In this document: positions 17,751-26,367 of the stretch, one piece after another
Position numbering within the stretch: position 1 is the stretch's first letter
Layout: each line of letters begins with the position of its first letter
Notes under the pieces: model-generated
Told to the model about the DNA's origin: nothing
The model's database searches: none
Seen by the model: only the letters and a program-made list of their open reading frames with translations
Virus record (IMG/VR): IMGVR_UViG_3300033547_000001
Span: 1 to 64,000 of that record
Source: a virus
Taxonomy: Duplodnaviria; Caudoviricetes
Reading direction: 5' to 3' (one strand)
Length of the DNA stretch: 64,000 nucleotides
Translations under genes and position numbers: made by a program

Positions 17751-18530
17751 ATGACGAAACCATTGGCCATCGATCTTTATTGCGGCTTGGGTGGATGGTC
17801 GGAAGGCCTCCTCGCCGAGGGATACGATGTGATCGGATTCGACATCGAACAACACGTCTATGGCGAGCACCGCTATCCGGCCCAGCTCGTCGTGCAGGAT
17901 GTTCTGACGCTGCACGGATCGCAGTTCCGCGGTGCTGATCTGATCGTGGCCTCGCCACCGTGCCAGGAATTTTCGTACATGGCGATGCCCTGGAGCCGCG
18001 GGAAGGCCAAGGCTGCCGCGATCCGCGCCGATGCCTCGGGCCAAGCGCTCGCCGACCTGACCCGGCTGTTCGACGCCTGCTTCCGCCTCCAGCGCGAAGC
18101 CTGCGCCGCAGCGGGTCGGCCTATCCCGATGGTGGTCGAAAACGTGCGCGGTGCCCAGCCTTGGGTTGGCCGGGCTCGGTGGCAATTTGGACCATTTGCC
18201 TTATGGGGCGATGTTCCGGCGCTTATGCCGATCACGCTGAAGGCCAGCAAGGTTCCCGGCTTCCGCTTCGATGGCGGTGGCAAGAGCTTTCAATCGGCTT
18301 CCGTCAAACGATCGTCCCGCTGTGACTGCCAGCATCCAGAGACCACGCCCAGCGGCATCAAAGGCGGCGAGGCCAGGAAGGTTGGCGGGGGTTGGTTCGG
18401 CGTCGGCAACGATCGATCACCGATGCGACAGCACTCGTCCAAGTCGTCCGCCCGCAAGATGGCCTCTGCCATGATCGCCAAGATCCCTCTGCCGCTGAGC
18501 CAGCATATCGCCAGGACTTTCCACCCCTAG
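17751..18530 (+). CDS. C5 cytosine DNA methyltransferase (short)
   Basis: Motif I IDLYCGLGG, motif IV ASPPCQ, motif VI VENV. Confidence 0.85.
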   Translation: MTKPLAIDLYCGLGGWSEGLLAEGYDVIGFDIEQHVYGEHRYPAQLVVQDVLTLHGSQFRGADLIVASPPCQEFSYMAMPWSRGKAKAAAIRADASGQALADLTRLFDACFRLQREACAAAGRPIPMVVENVRGAQPWVGRARWQFGPFALWGDVPALMPITLKASKVPGFRFDGGGKSFQSASVKRSSRCDCQHPETTPSGIKGGEARKVGGGWFGVGNDRSPMRQHSSKSSARKMASAMIAKIPLPLSQHIARTFHP

Positions 18531-18644
18531 AAGGCCCGACGTCGGGCCAGAAACGGGGTCTGGGCTCGTTATTCCGGAGTCCGCGCTACCACCGTAGCCA
18601 AAAAACGGAGATGATCTTCTTTGGTCGTCTCGGGGAAGGGTTCC

Positions 18645-19241
18645 ATGAACTGCCTAAAATGCCACAAAATAAAGCAATCGGTTGATTTCTACAAAAATTC
18701 CCGCACTTGCAAGGTCTGCACAAGAAACGCCAGCGCCGAGTGGCGCTCGAGGAATAAGACGAGAGATCGTGCTCGACGGCAACAATATTACGCAGATAAT
18801 TGCGACAGGATCTGTGCGAAATCGCTAGCACGCTACTATGCCAAAAAGGATGAAATCCTTCCGAAAATCAACAGACGAGCACTAGAACGCCGAACCGACG
18901 ATCCGATGGTGAAGCTTACACATCGCATCAGAGTTAGGATGTCGAAAGTGATCAAAGGCAAGGTTCCTGCCGATTGGCTGAGTATCCTCGGCTATCATCC
19001 GCGGCTTCTAGTCCCGCACCTAGAAGCCTTGTTCGAACCTTGGATGTCCTGGGGCAATTATGGCACAGAGTGGCATGTTGATCATAAGCGACCGGTTTCG
19101 TCGTTTAAACTTCCAGAGCAGCTGCGAGAATGCTGGGCACTGTCGAATTTGCAGCCTCTGCGTTCGATAGACAATCTGAAAAAGGGTGCTCGATGGTCAA
19201 AGAATTTGGACAATAAAAAAAGCCCCCTCGATTCCGCCTGA
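18645..19241 (+). CDS. HNH endonuclease
   Basis: CLKC/CKVC, MSWGNYG.EWHVDHKRP...NLQPL...NLKKG; lower GC. Confidence 0.8.
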   Translation: MNCLKCHKIKQSVDFYKNSRTCKVCTRNASAEWRSRNKTRDRARRQQYYADNCDRICAKSLARYYAKKDEILPKINRRALERRTDDPMVKLTHRIRVRMSKVIKGKVPADWLSILGYHPRLLVPHLEALFEPWMSWGNYGTEWHVDHKRPVSSFKLPEQLRECWALSNLQPLRSIDNLKKGARWSKNLDNKKSPLDSA

Positions 19242-19260
19242 GCGAAATCAAGGGGGCCTT
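19214..19260 (-). terminator. Intrinsic terminator at the convergence of the two arms
   Basis: GCCCCCT..GATT / AATC..AGGGGGC stem; U tract on the minus strand. Confidence 0.7.
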
Positions 19261-19267
19261 CTGAATT

Positions 19268-19343
19268 TGGAGCCTCAGGGATGGACTTGAACCATCGACC
19301 TCCGGTTTACGAAACCGGCGCTCTACCACTGAGCTACCGAGGC
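19268..19343 (-). tRNA. trnT: tRNA-Thr(CGT) with encoded CCA
   Basis: GCCTCGG-TA-GCTC AGTGGTA GAGC-G-CCGGT TTCGTAA ACCGG-AGGTC-GATGG TTCAAGT CCATC-C-CTGAGGC-T-CCA. Confidence 0.92.
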
Positions 19344-19433
19344 GAAGGTGGCGCCGCTCGTCAAACGGGCAGGGAAGACGAGCGGCACCAAGTCTAGGGA
19401 GGAAACGCCCAAGGAGGGCACCACGGCTTCGCG

Positions 19434-19925
19434 TCAATGTATCGGTGCGTGAGAGACAGCGAAGCCAAGAAATGCGATAGCCCCTCCGACGACGACGGCG
19501 GCGCCGACGACGATCGCCCCAATCATACCTATACCTTGGGACTTGCCGCCGCTCTCCCAGCGGAATTGTTCCTGCTTTGCCATGCGGTCCGACAGGTCGT
19601 TCTTGACCTCTCTGAGCTGCGTCGCCAGCAGCAGCGCTGCGGCGTCCTGATTGGCGCGGAGGATCTTGGCCAGTTCGAGATCGAAGGTCAGCTTCTCCGC
19701 GGCCAGCTCGTTGATCCGGCGCGTCTCGGCGTCGCGCAGGCCGTCCTGGCGCCTGCTTTCGGCGTCACGCATGGCATCCTGATATTTCGACTCGGCGTTG
19801 ACCCACGCCAGCACGTTCTTGGTCGGGTCGATCGCCGGGCGACCGAGGGCGTCGACGGTGAGACCGTGGCCCGGGAAATCATCGGAGTTGTTATCCGGAT
19901 TGTGCTGACGAGCCGCCACCATCAA
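19434..19925 (-). CDS. Coiled-coil protein with C-terminal transmembrane anchor (lysis region)
   Basis: Heptad-rich middle; hydrophobic C-terminus IGAIVVGAAVVVGGAIAFLGFAV. Confidence 0.65.
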   Translation of the reverse strand: MMVAARQHNPDNNSDDFPGHGLTVDALGRPAIDPTKNVLAWVNAESKYQDAMRDAESRRQDGLRDAETRRINELAAEKLTFDLELAKILRANQDAAALLLATQLREVKNDLSDRMAKQEQFRWESGGKSQGIGMIGAIVVGAAVVVGGAIAFLGFAVSHAPIH

Positions 19926-20359
19926 CCTACCGACAGTGCGATGATGAGATAAATCAGGTTAAGCGCCATCACCAGCAGCCACCAGCGATGCCCGTAGCGA
20001 TGGGTGGATAGCGCAGCCAGGATCCAGATGTTCGAGGCGGCGGCGCCGAATGTCCCAGCGAGCATCAGCCAGAAACCCAGCATCAGCCCGGGACCGCGCC
20101 ACAGCGCTACCCCGACGGTCAGCACCGAGGCCGTCACCGTCCATGCGAAGATCGCGGCACCGAGGCAGATGCCATAGCGGCGCACGTTGTGCATGTCGAC
20201 GATGCGCGACAGAGATGGGTGGCCATTGCTGACGCCAAACGGGTTTTTCAATTCGATCAGCAGAAACCACGCCAGGAACGATCCCAGCGCAACGCGATTG
20301 ATGACGGAGACGATGTTGGCCAGATCGAGAATGTGGTTAAGTTCCTGCGTCGTCATCAT
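19922..20359 (-). CDS. Multi-pass membrane protein (holin candidate)
   Basis: About four hydrophobic segments in 145 aa, downstream of endolysin. Confidence 0.6.
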   Translation of the reverse strand: MMTTQELNHILDLANIVSVINRVALGSFLAWFLLIELKNPFGVSNGHPSLSRIVDMHNVRRYGICLGAAIFAWTVTASVLTVGVALWRGPGLMLGFWLMLAGTFGAAASNIWILAALSTHRYGHRWWLLVMALNLIYLIIALSVG

Positions 20360-20573
20360 CCGGCCTCATCTGCTGCTCGTGGATATGCGTGAATGTTTGC
20401 TCATTGAGCAGCGTGATCACCATGGCTATCAAAGGGTTTTTCGTGTCGAGATAAGGCTCAACGGCCTGCTCCAGCCTGTTGACGTTCTCCTCGAGCTGGC
20501 GCGTGGTCGCATGAAGTTCATGCATGGTGTCGTCGTAATGAGGATCCGCAGCCGGGTCCTTACCGAAGATCAA
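20337..20573 (-). CDS. Hypothetical protein (start uncertain)
   Basis: C-terminal part of ORF 20337..20852; TTG at 20573 chosen to minimise overlap. Confidence 0.4.
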   Translation of the reverse strand: MIFGKDPAADPHYDDTMHELHATTRQLEENVNRLEQAVEPYLDTKNPLIAMVITLLNEQTFTHIHEQQMRPDDDDAGT

Positions 20574-20578
20574 TCGGC

Positions 20579-20839
20579 TCAGCCACGACCTTTTCTTGGG
20601 CTGCTGAGGAGAGACACCAGCGTTGAGAGGGCGGAGCTTGTGTTCTTGTTCGTATCGATCTGCTCGCGGATGATATCTCTCAACTCGTCCTCGTACCGGT
20701 CGCGCTCGAACCTCTGACGTTCCTCCGATTGCTTGCGATCTCGCATCGCCCACCACAGCATGATCCCCATGATAATTGCAGGAGTCTGCAACCCCAGTTT
20801 CGCCAGGATGCCGACCCAGTCGATCAGTCCTGGATCCAT
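20579..20839 (-). CDS. Single-pass membrane protein (holin/antiholin candidate)
   Basis: GGAG RBS; N-terminal hydrophobic segment then charged coiled coil. Confidence 0.65.
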   Translation of the reverse strand: MDPGLIDWVGILAKLGLQTPAIIMGIMLWWAMRDRKQSEERQRFERDRYEDELRDIIREQIDTNKNTSSALSTLVSLLSSPRKGRG

Positions 20840-21148
20840 TGTCTATCTCCATGGCCCACCTTGGCAGCTATGACCCTGGTCCGTACCGTTGTGTGAACCC
20901 GCTCACACGTGGGGACCTGATCGGTGTGATTTGATGCATGTCAGCCATTGATCAGCCCCTTGCCGGGTTGGTTCGTGGTTAGACCTGGCCCGTCGTTGAT
21001 GCGGCGGGTCAGGTCGCTGGTATGTCTGTTTCCTACTTCGGCGCCGCTGGCGCGGTCGCTGGCGCGGCATCCGGAGCAGGGACGGCAACAGCGACCGGGA
21101 CCTTGATTGGATCGACAACGGCGCCTCGCTAGGTCAGTGGGGCAGCTT

Positions 21149-22048
21149 TCAAAGGGTACCGGCGACCACGCCATTCACGGTCGATTGCACCCAGTTCTTG
21201 CAGGCGGCGGGCCCGTTCGCGAGTGTGAACTCGCGGAACTTTTGGAAGATAAGAATGATACCGGCCATCTTCGCGGGCGTTGTCACGGTCCCGTCCGCCG
21301 CAATGACCGCGGGCGTGCCGACGGCAGCCTGCACGATCGCGAGCGCGGGCGTGAGGCAGTCCATGCCGGGCTTGTCCTTGTAGGCCGTCGCGGAGTCCAG
21401 CGCCGCCTGAACGTCGGGCAGGAACGGCTTGTTCGCGTCGGAGACGCAGTTCTGGATCATCGTCACCACGTTCTGCGGGTCGAGTGCGGCGAAGATGTTG
21501 AAGTCACAGGCCGCGCCAGGCGTGACCGTCGGCGTCTTGACGCCGACGTTGGAAAGATCGGTCTTGATGTCGGCGCCGATGTCGCCCGTCAGCGCCGGGG
21601 GCTTGATAAGCGGCTTGCGCGTCTGCGCGCGTGCATCGCCCGGGAGCAGAGACATGCCCATCAGCAACGCCAGGACGATCGCCGCGGCCTTGGCCGCCGT
21701 CGCCGTGACCGCTGCCACGGCGCCGGCCGCCGGCGAGATCTTGGCCTGGGCCGGATCCATGGCCATGGCGGCGATCTCCGGAGGCACCTGCCCGTTGACG
21801 AGGATGCGATCGACGCCCGGCAGCGCGCGGACGTTCTGCATTTGCGCCGACATGCTGCCCATGCGCATCAGGAATCCGCCGCAGATCCCGGTGCCGAGCG
21901 TGGTGACAGCCAGGATGTGGTTGGTCATGGGCTGGCCGAAGAGGTCGGTGAGCTGCGTCACGCCCCCTGCGAGCACGGTGTTGACGACGAGGATGCCGCC
22001 GAGAATCTCGGTGGCGGTCCAGGGAAACTTCACGGTCTTGATATCCAT
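21149..22048 (-). CDS. Membrane protein with soluble C-terminal domain (lysis region)
   Basis: Two N-terminal TM segments; internal signal-like IVLALLMGMSLLPGDARA|Q. Confidence 0.65.
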   Translation of the reverse strand: MDIKTVKFPWTATEILGGILVVNTVLAGGVTQLTDLFGQPMTNHILAVTTLGTGICGGFLMRMGSMSAQMQNVRALPGVDRILVNGQVPPEIAAMAMDPAQAKISPAAGAVAAVTATAAKAAAIVLALLMGMSLLPGDARAQTRKPLIKPPALTGDIGADIKTDLSNVGVKTPTVTPGAACDFNIFAALDPQNVVTMIQNCVSDANKPFLPDVQAALDSATAYKDKPGMDCLTPALAIVQAAVGTPAVIAADGTVTTPAKMAGIILIFQKFREFTLANGPAACKNWVQSTVNGVVAGTL

Positions 22049-22101
22049 CTCTCTCAGCCTTCCTAGGTTTCAGTGGGAAATTTCAACGTGGGTCGAACGC
22101 A

Positions 22102-22488
22102 TCATGGCGGCGAACATGAATTGTAACCGCTGATGTCGTATGGATTGCAGAACACCCAGTGTCCATCACCGGACGGCCGCTGGAACACCGGCTGGTAGGG
22201 CTTGTTCGTCCGGTCGATGCACATCACTTCGTTGGCGACATTGGCGACGGTGTCTTGCGCCTTGTCGCAGATCAGCTTGACGGGATAGCCGCCCCGCCAA
22301 GTGCCGCCGACCGTCATGATGTGCTCTCTGCTGGACGATGGTTGCTCGGGGGCTGTCGCGCCGCCGGGCCCCAGATAGCCGCCGCGGCCGCCGGTCATTC
22401 CGGAGCGGCCGAGTCCCGGCGAGGTTTCCGCGGCGAGCGCCGGCGCGGCGAGTAGCGATAGCGCGATGATGATCATGGTCATGGTCAT
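22102..22488 (-). CDS. Secreted hypothetical protein
   Basis: GGAG RBS; IIIALSLLAAPALA|AET; four Cys. Confidence 0.6.
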   Translation of the reverse strand: MTMTMIIIALSLLAAPALAAETSPGLGRSGMTGGRGGYLGPGGATAPEQPSSSREHIMTVGGTWRGGYPVKLICDKAQDTVANVANEVMCIDRTNKPYQPVFQRPSGDGHWVFCNPYDISGYNSCSPP

Positions 22489-22518
22489 AGTGGGTCTCCT
22501 TCGGTGCGTGTGAGGGTG

Positions 22519-22674
22519 TCAGCCATAGGTCCGATAGCTCGCCGGACAATGTTTGCAGCGCGAGATCATGATCTGCGGGCGTGCGATCGAGCGCGCGGTG
22601 ATCCAGACGTGATCGCCGCGCGCGCAGCGCTGCGCGCGCCGACGCTGCAGCCAGGCGCGGATCCGGGCGATCAC
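22519..22674 (-). CDS. Small basic Cys/His protein
   Basis: GTGA overlap with endolysin stop; CARGDHVW...CKHC. Confidence 0.5.
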   Translation of the reverse strand: MIARIRAWLQRRRAQRCARGDHVWITARSIARPQIMISRCKHCPASYRTYG

Positions 22675-23360
22675 GCCGTCGCGGCCGCGGCAAGCCCGTG
22701 CTCGAACAGCGCCGCCTCGTGCGTGCGCCGCTTCCACAGATCGCCGTTGACCGGCCAGAGCCGGCGCATCGCCAGGAACTCGCCGGGGATCCGGTCGAAC
22801 CGCCGCGCCGCCATGTGCGCGGTGATGTTGCGCATCTCGGCGTCGCGCGGGCTGGGATCGTGGAAGCCGCCGGTGCCGCGGTTGTAGCCGAGCGATGCGA
22901 GCGCACCGAAGCAATCGCCCGGCAGCAGCTCGGTGTTGGCAAGCGCCGAGACGATCCGCGCTTCCCACTTCGGGAGTTCGCGGCCTTTGAACTGCGCCAT
23001 CGCCTGCGACCATGTGACGGTGACGCTGGTGCCGTAGCGCTGCACCCAACCGTGGGCCGCCATTCCGGTCAGGCCTGCGGCGCGCATCGCCGCGGCCACC
23101 ATCTGGTCGGGGATGTAGCCGGTCCAGTCGGCCCGGATCTGCTCGGCGGTCGAGTAGCCGCAATCGTAGCCGATGCCGACCGTCGGCCCCGAGGCGCCTT
23201 CAGGCCATTCGAAGTGGGTGTAATGCCGCTCATAATAGGCTTGACCGCTATCTTCCTCGATGACGATGAGATCGATGGCGGCTTGCGAGCTGCGGATTGA
23301 CGGCAAAGCGGGAGCGCTCGCCTGGGGGGCGTCGGGCATGGGCTGGGGGGCGTCGGGCAT
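22671..23360 (-). CDS. Endolysin, lysozyme-like muramidase
   Basis: IVIEE...WPEGASGPTVGIGYD, ALASLGYNRG, MRRLW...LWKRRTHEAALF. Confidence 0.8.
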   Translation of the reverse strand: MPDAPQPMPDAPQASAPALPSIRSSQAAIDLIVIEEDSGQAYYERHYTHFEWPEGASGPTVGIGYDCGYSTAEQIRADWTGYIPDQMVAAAMRAAGLTGMAAHGWVQRYGTSVTVTWSQAMAQFKGRELPKWEARIVSALANTELLPGDCFGALASLGYNRGTGGFHDPSPRDAEMRNITAHMAARRFDRIPGEFLAMRRLWPVNGDLWKRRTHEAALFEHGLAAAATA

Positions 23361-23403
23361 GGGCTGGGATCCTTTGGGAGGGGTGGAAAAAGGCCGCGCT
23401 ATG

Positions 23404-24333
23404 CTAGAATGGCGAAATTCCCGACGCATGCAAGGCGGCTTGGCCTATCGTTGAAATGTTTGCTCGAGCCGCCGTCGTGAAGTGCGTGTTGTCTGCCTGC
23501 CGACAGGGCGCCGAGCCGGTGCACACCGAACCGACTAGCGAGTCAAAATTGGCGAAGGCATAGACACCGGCCGCATTGTTGATAACGCCGCTTGGCGAAG
23601 CGCTGGTCTGCGCCAATTGCACGGCGGTAGACGCCGCGCCGGCATCCCAGGTTTCCTCAGCAATAAACCACGGACCTGCGAAACCCGCCGTTCGGCTCTG
23701 GGCGATTAAAGAGTTGAGCGTGGCCGTATAGTTGACCTGCGTCGTGGCGTTTATGTTATCGGTTTCGCCCTGCATCCAGATTACAATGACGGTGATGTTG
23801 GCACCCGCCACCCAGCCCTTTGCCGCCAGACGATTGATTGCGGTCGCCAGCCGGCCTACGAGCGCACCACTCGCGTGGTCGGCAGCCGCGGTGCCGTCAA
23901 CATTGATCGGCTCGACCAGAACGTGATCGAATTTTCCCGCCGTGATCAGGTCGTCGAATAGTTTCAGCACGCTCCAGCCGGATCCGGCCGCGTTGAGACA
24001 CGTGCCGAGAACTGGGTCTAAGATGGAATAGACCCCGCCGTCCCCTATGTTCATCTGCAGAATGGCGCCGGCATTGGTCGGCGTGTAGAGGGTTGGGATG
24101 ATGTTGGCGCCGTTGCTCTGGCCATCAACGATCGCCACCAGATAGTGGTTTCCCGCGACCGGGTTCTGCGCCGCCTGCAGCGTAACCGCGCTGGTGTTTG
24201 TGTTGATCGTGCAGCCAAGAGCGACTGGAATGGAGCCCAGTTGATTGGGATCTGGCTGAGAAGATCCACCGGGACCGGCGACGGCGAACGCCGCGTGAAG
24301 AAAGATCAGGAATGCGAAGAATGAGCGTTTCAT
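23404..24333 (-). CDS. SGNH/SASA-type carbohydrate acetylesterase with signal peptide
   Basis: DGQSN, WMQGETD, DNTH motifs; MKRSFFAFLIFLHAAFA|V. Confidence 0.75.
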   Translation of the reverse strand: MKRSFFAFLIFLHAAFAVAGPGGSSQPDPNQLGSIPVALGCTINTNTSAVTLQAAQNPVAGNHYLVAIVDGQSNGANIIPTLYTPTNAGAILQMNIGDGGVYSILDPVLGTCLNAAGSGWSVLKLFDDLITAGKFDHVLVEPINVDGTAAADHASGALVGRLATAINRLAAKGWVAGANITVIVIWMQGETDNINATTQVNYTATLNSLIAQSRTAGFAGPWFIAEETWDAGAASTAVQLAQTSASPSGVINNAAGVYAFANFDSLVGSVCTGSAPCRQADNTHFTTAARANISTIGQAALHASGISPF

Positions 24334-24334
24334 G

Positions 24335-26353
24335 TCAGTAGGTCACCCTCACGTTGAGCCCGCTCTGCGAAGCCGCACCGTTGCCATAGAACGTCGCCGC
24401 GTTGGTCGTCGAGCTCGTGGTCTCGCACGCTGAGGCGAAATGCAGCCCTGCTCCTGGTTGACCAACATATTTCGCCGGCAAATTCACGATGCTCGTCGAG
24501 TTGCTAAACCCTGTCGTTCCGGTAAAAGCAGAAGTGCCGTCGAGACAGACTCCGCTCGAAATGGAGGCCGATGCCCCGGCGTTGCCGAAGGCATCGTAGG
24601 CCGCGTTGAACCCGTCCTCGTTAAGACCTCTCACGACGGTCACGCGCATCGTTGCGCTGCCGTGAGCTGCCTGCCACGTGTCTGCCACTCCCGGCAGATA
24701 CGTGTAGCTGGACGCGTTGTCCCCCACGAGAAAGTCCTGAGTGATCCGGTTGTTGGCGTTCCAAATACCGACCACGCCTGCGGTACCGCCCGCGGCGATG
24801 CCTCCAAAGATGAGATTGAACTGACCTGCCGAGCCAGTCATGCCAGACCCGAGATAGGTCAGCTTGTTTGCAGTGATGCTGCCGTAGTCCGTGGTCCCAT
24901 TGTAGCAGTGCGCGACCGTGTTGGCGTTGGTCGTGTAAGGCCTGGTCGTGTGGTCAACTTGCGAATATCCGGTTCCGCGAGCCGTGTTCGATCCGGCGGT
25001 GTCCGATGCCCATCCGCCGCCGCTGCCGTTGGTCGCGATGCAGGGCTTGTGATTCGTGTTGCCCTCCCACCATACGTCGAACACGCCGGTCGCGTTGAGC
25101 ACGCCGGTCCCGCTCGATTGAATGGCCGTGCTGACCTCGTTCGATGCGATCGTGTCGATCTGGTCGATGCTGCCATTCCAGTAGGGCACCGTATTGGTGC
25201 TGTAGGAATCGTAATACAGGGTGGTCGCCCCGGTCACCGACGCAGTCATCACGGGCGCATGGGAGGTGAGTGTCAGCCTCCCCCCGGGGGGAACAAGCAA
25301 CGCCACTGTACCGGTCTGCCCATTGATCGACGCGACAGATCCAGCCGAAGCGAGTGCACTGACGGTCGTTTTCTTGAATGCAAAGCTCGCGGCCGAGTCC
25401 TGGATCAAAACGATATCGGCCGCCACCGGGGACGCCTTTGACGTGAACGCCGTCAGATCGCAATCGGTCGGTCCCGCGGCGCCGCCGGTGTTGTTGCACT
25501 TGAACGTGTACTGCCCCATCGTGGCGGCGAACATCGAGTTCGTCACCTGGCCGGAGGTGCCGTCATTCACGACAAAGGCATTCGCAGCATGCACGTTGAC
25601 GCCCAGCGCCGCGGCCACGCCCGTCCCGAGTGATGGGGTCAAGGCCGACAGCGGCAGCCCGGTCGCATTGGTCAGCGTCAGCGACGTCGGCGTTCCACCA
25701 CCGCCATTCCACAGCACCGGGGCGCCAGGCGATCCGATGTTGACGCCCAGCGCCGCTGCCACGCCAGTTCCCGTTCCCGCCAGGCCGGTCGAGACTGGAA
25801 GCCCGGTGGCGTTGGTCAGCGTGGCCGAGGATGGAATTCCGAGTGCGGGAGTTACAAGGGTTGGTGACGTCGACAAGACGACATTCCCAGTCCCCGTTAT
25901 CGAATATTCGCCCAGCACGCCGGCGTTATCGAACAATACGCGGGCCGAGGTGCCGCTAGTTATTACCGACGTGCCGACGATCAATGAATTCGTTGTGGCG
26001 CTGATCAACGGACCGACCGTAGCACCGTTGATCTGCACGAACATGCCGGCCGTGGTACACCACTGATCCCCGTTGACGGGACTAGCTGGAGCCGTACCGC
26101 ATGTCATGTTCAGACCTGCGGTCGTCGGGGACGGTGGCGCTGTCACCAGGCGACCTACCATGATGTCGCCGGCCTTGTTGACCGGAACATAGCCGAGGGT
26201 GTCCTGTTTCGCGCTGAAGTAGCTGTTCCACTGGGCAGGCGTCGGCACTTGGCCGTAGATTAGGTTTGGGCTCGTCTGTGCGGCCACTGGCAGCGTCGCC
26301 CATGCGAACACCATCCCGGCGAGTGCGGCGACCGATAGCAGGTTGTTCTTCAT
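24335..26353 (-). CDS. Tail-fibre-like protein with N-terminal signal peptide
   Basis: MKNNLLSVAALAGMVFAWATLPVAA|Q; VNKAGDIM.G.L; two ~48-aa TLTNATGLP...GTGVAAALGVN repeats; G/T/S-rich C-terminal domain. Confidence 0.7.
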   Translation of the reverse strand: MKNNLLSVAALAGMVFAWATLPVAAQTSPNLIYGQVPTPAQWNSYFSAKQDTLGYVPVNKAGDIMVGRLVTAPPSPTTAGLNMTCGTAPASPVNGDQWCTTAGMFVQINGATVGPLISATTNSLIVGTSVITSGTSARVLFDNAGVLGEYSITGTGNVVLSTSPTLVTPALGIPSSATLTNATGLPVSTGLAGTGTGVAAALGVNIGSPGAPVLWNGGGGTPTSLTLTNATGLPLSALTPSLGTGVAAALGVNVHAANAFVVNDGTSGQVTNSMFAATMGQYTFKCNNTGGAAGPTDCDLTAFTSKASPVAADIVLIQDSAASFAFKKTTVSALASAGSVASINGQTGTVALLVPPGGRLTLTSHAPVMTASVTGATTLYYDSYSTNTVPYWNGSIDQIDTIASNEVSTAIQSSGTGVLNATGVFDVWWEGNTNHKPCIATNGSGGGWASDTAGSNTARGTGYSQVDHTTRPYTTNANTVAHCYNGTTDYGSITANKLTYLGSGMTGSAGQFNLIFGGIAAGGTAGVVGIWNANNRITQDFLVGDNASSYTYLPGVADTWQAAHGSATMRVTVVRGLNEDGFNAAYDAFGNAGASASISSGVCLDGTSAFTGTTGFSNSTSIVNLPAKYVGQPGAGLHFASACETTSSTTNAATFYGNGAASQSGLNVRVTY

Positions 26354-26367
26354 GTCGGGCATTTCCC

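Noticed and set aside
21034-21152. Possible recoding at CTT-TGA ending ORF 21149..22048, and a Pro/Ala-rich fragment (VVDPIKVPVAVAVPAPDAAPATAPAAPK) downstream
   Set aside because: The +1 frame gives implausible protein; the plausible fragment is in another frame behind a TAG with no start. It is probably a gene remnant.
23319-23366. 21-nt tandem duplication at the endolysin start (MPDAPQP-MPDAPQA) as a dual-start motif
   Set aside because: Real duplication, but no charge difference or SAR-like segment suggests a function.
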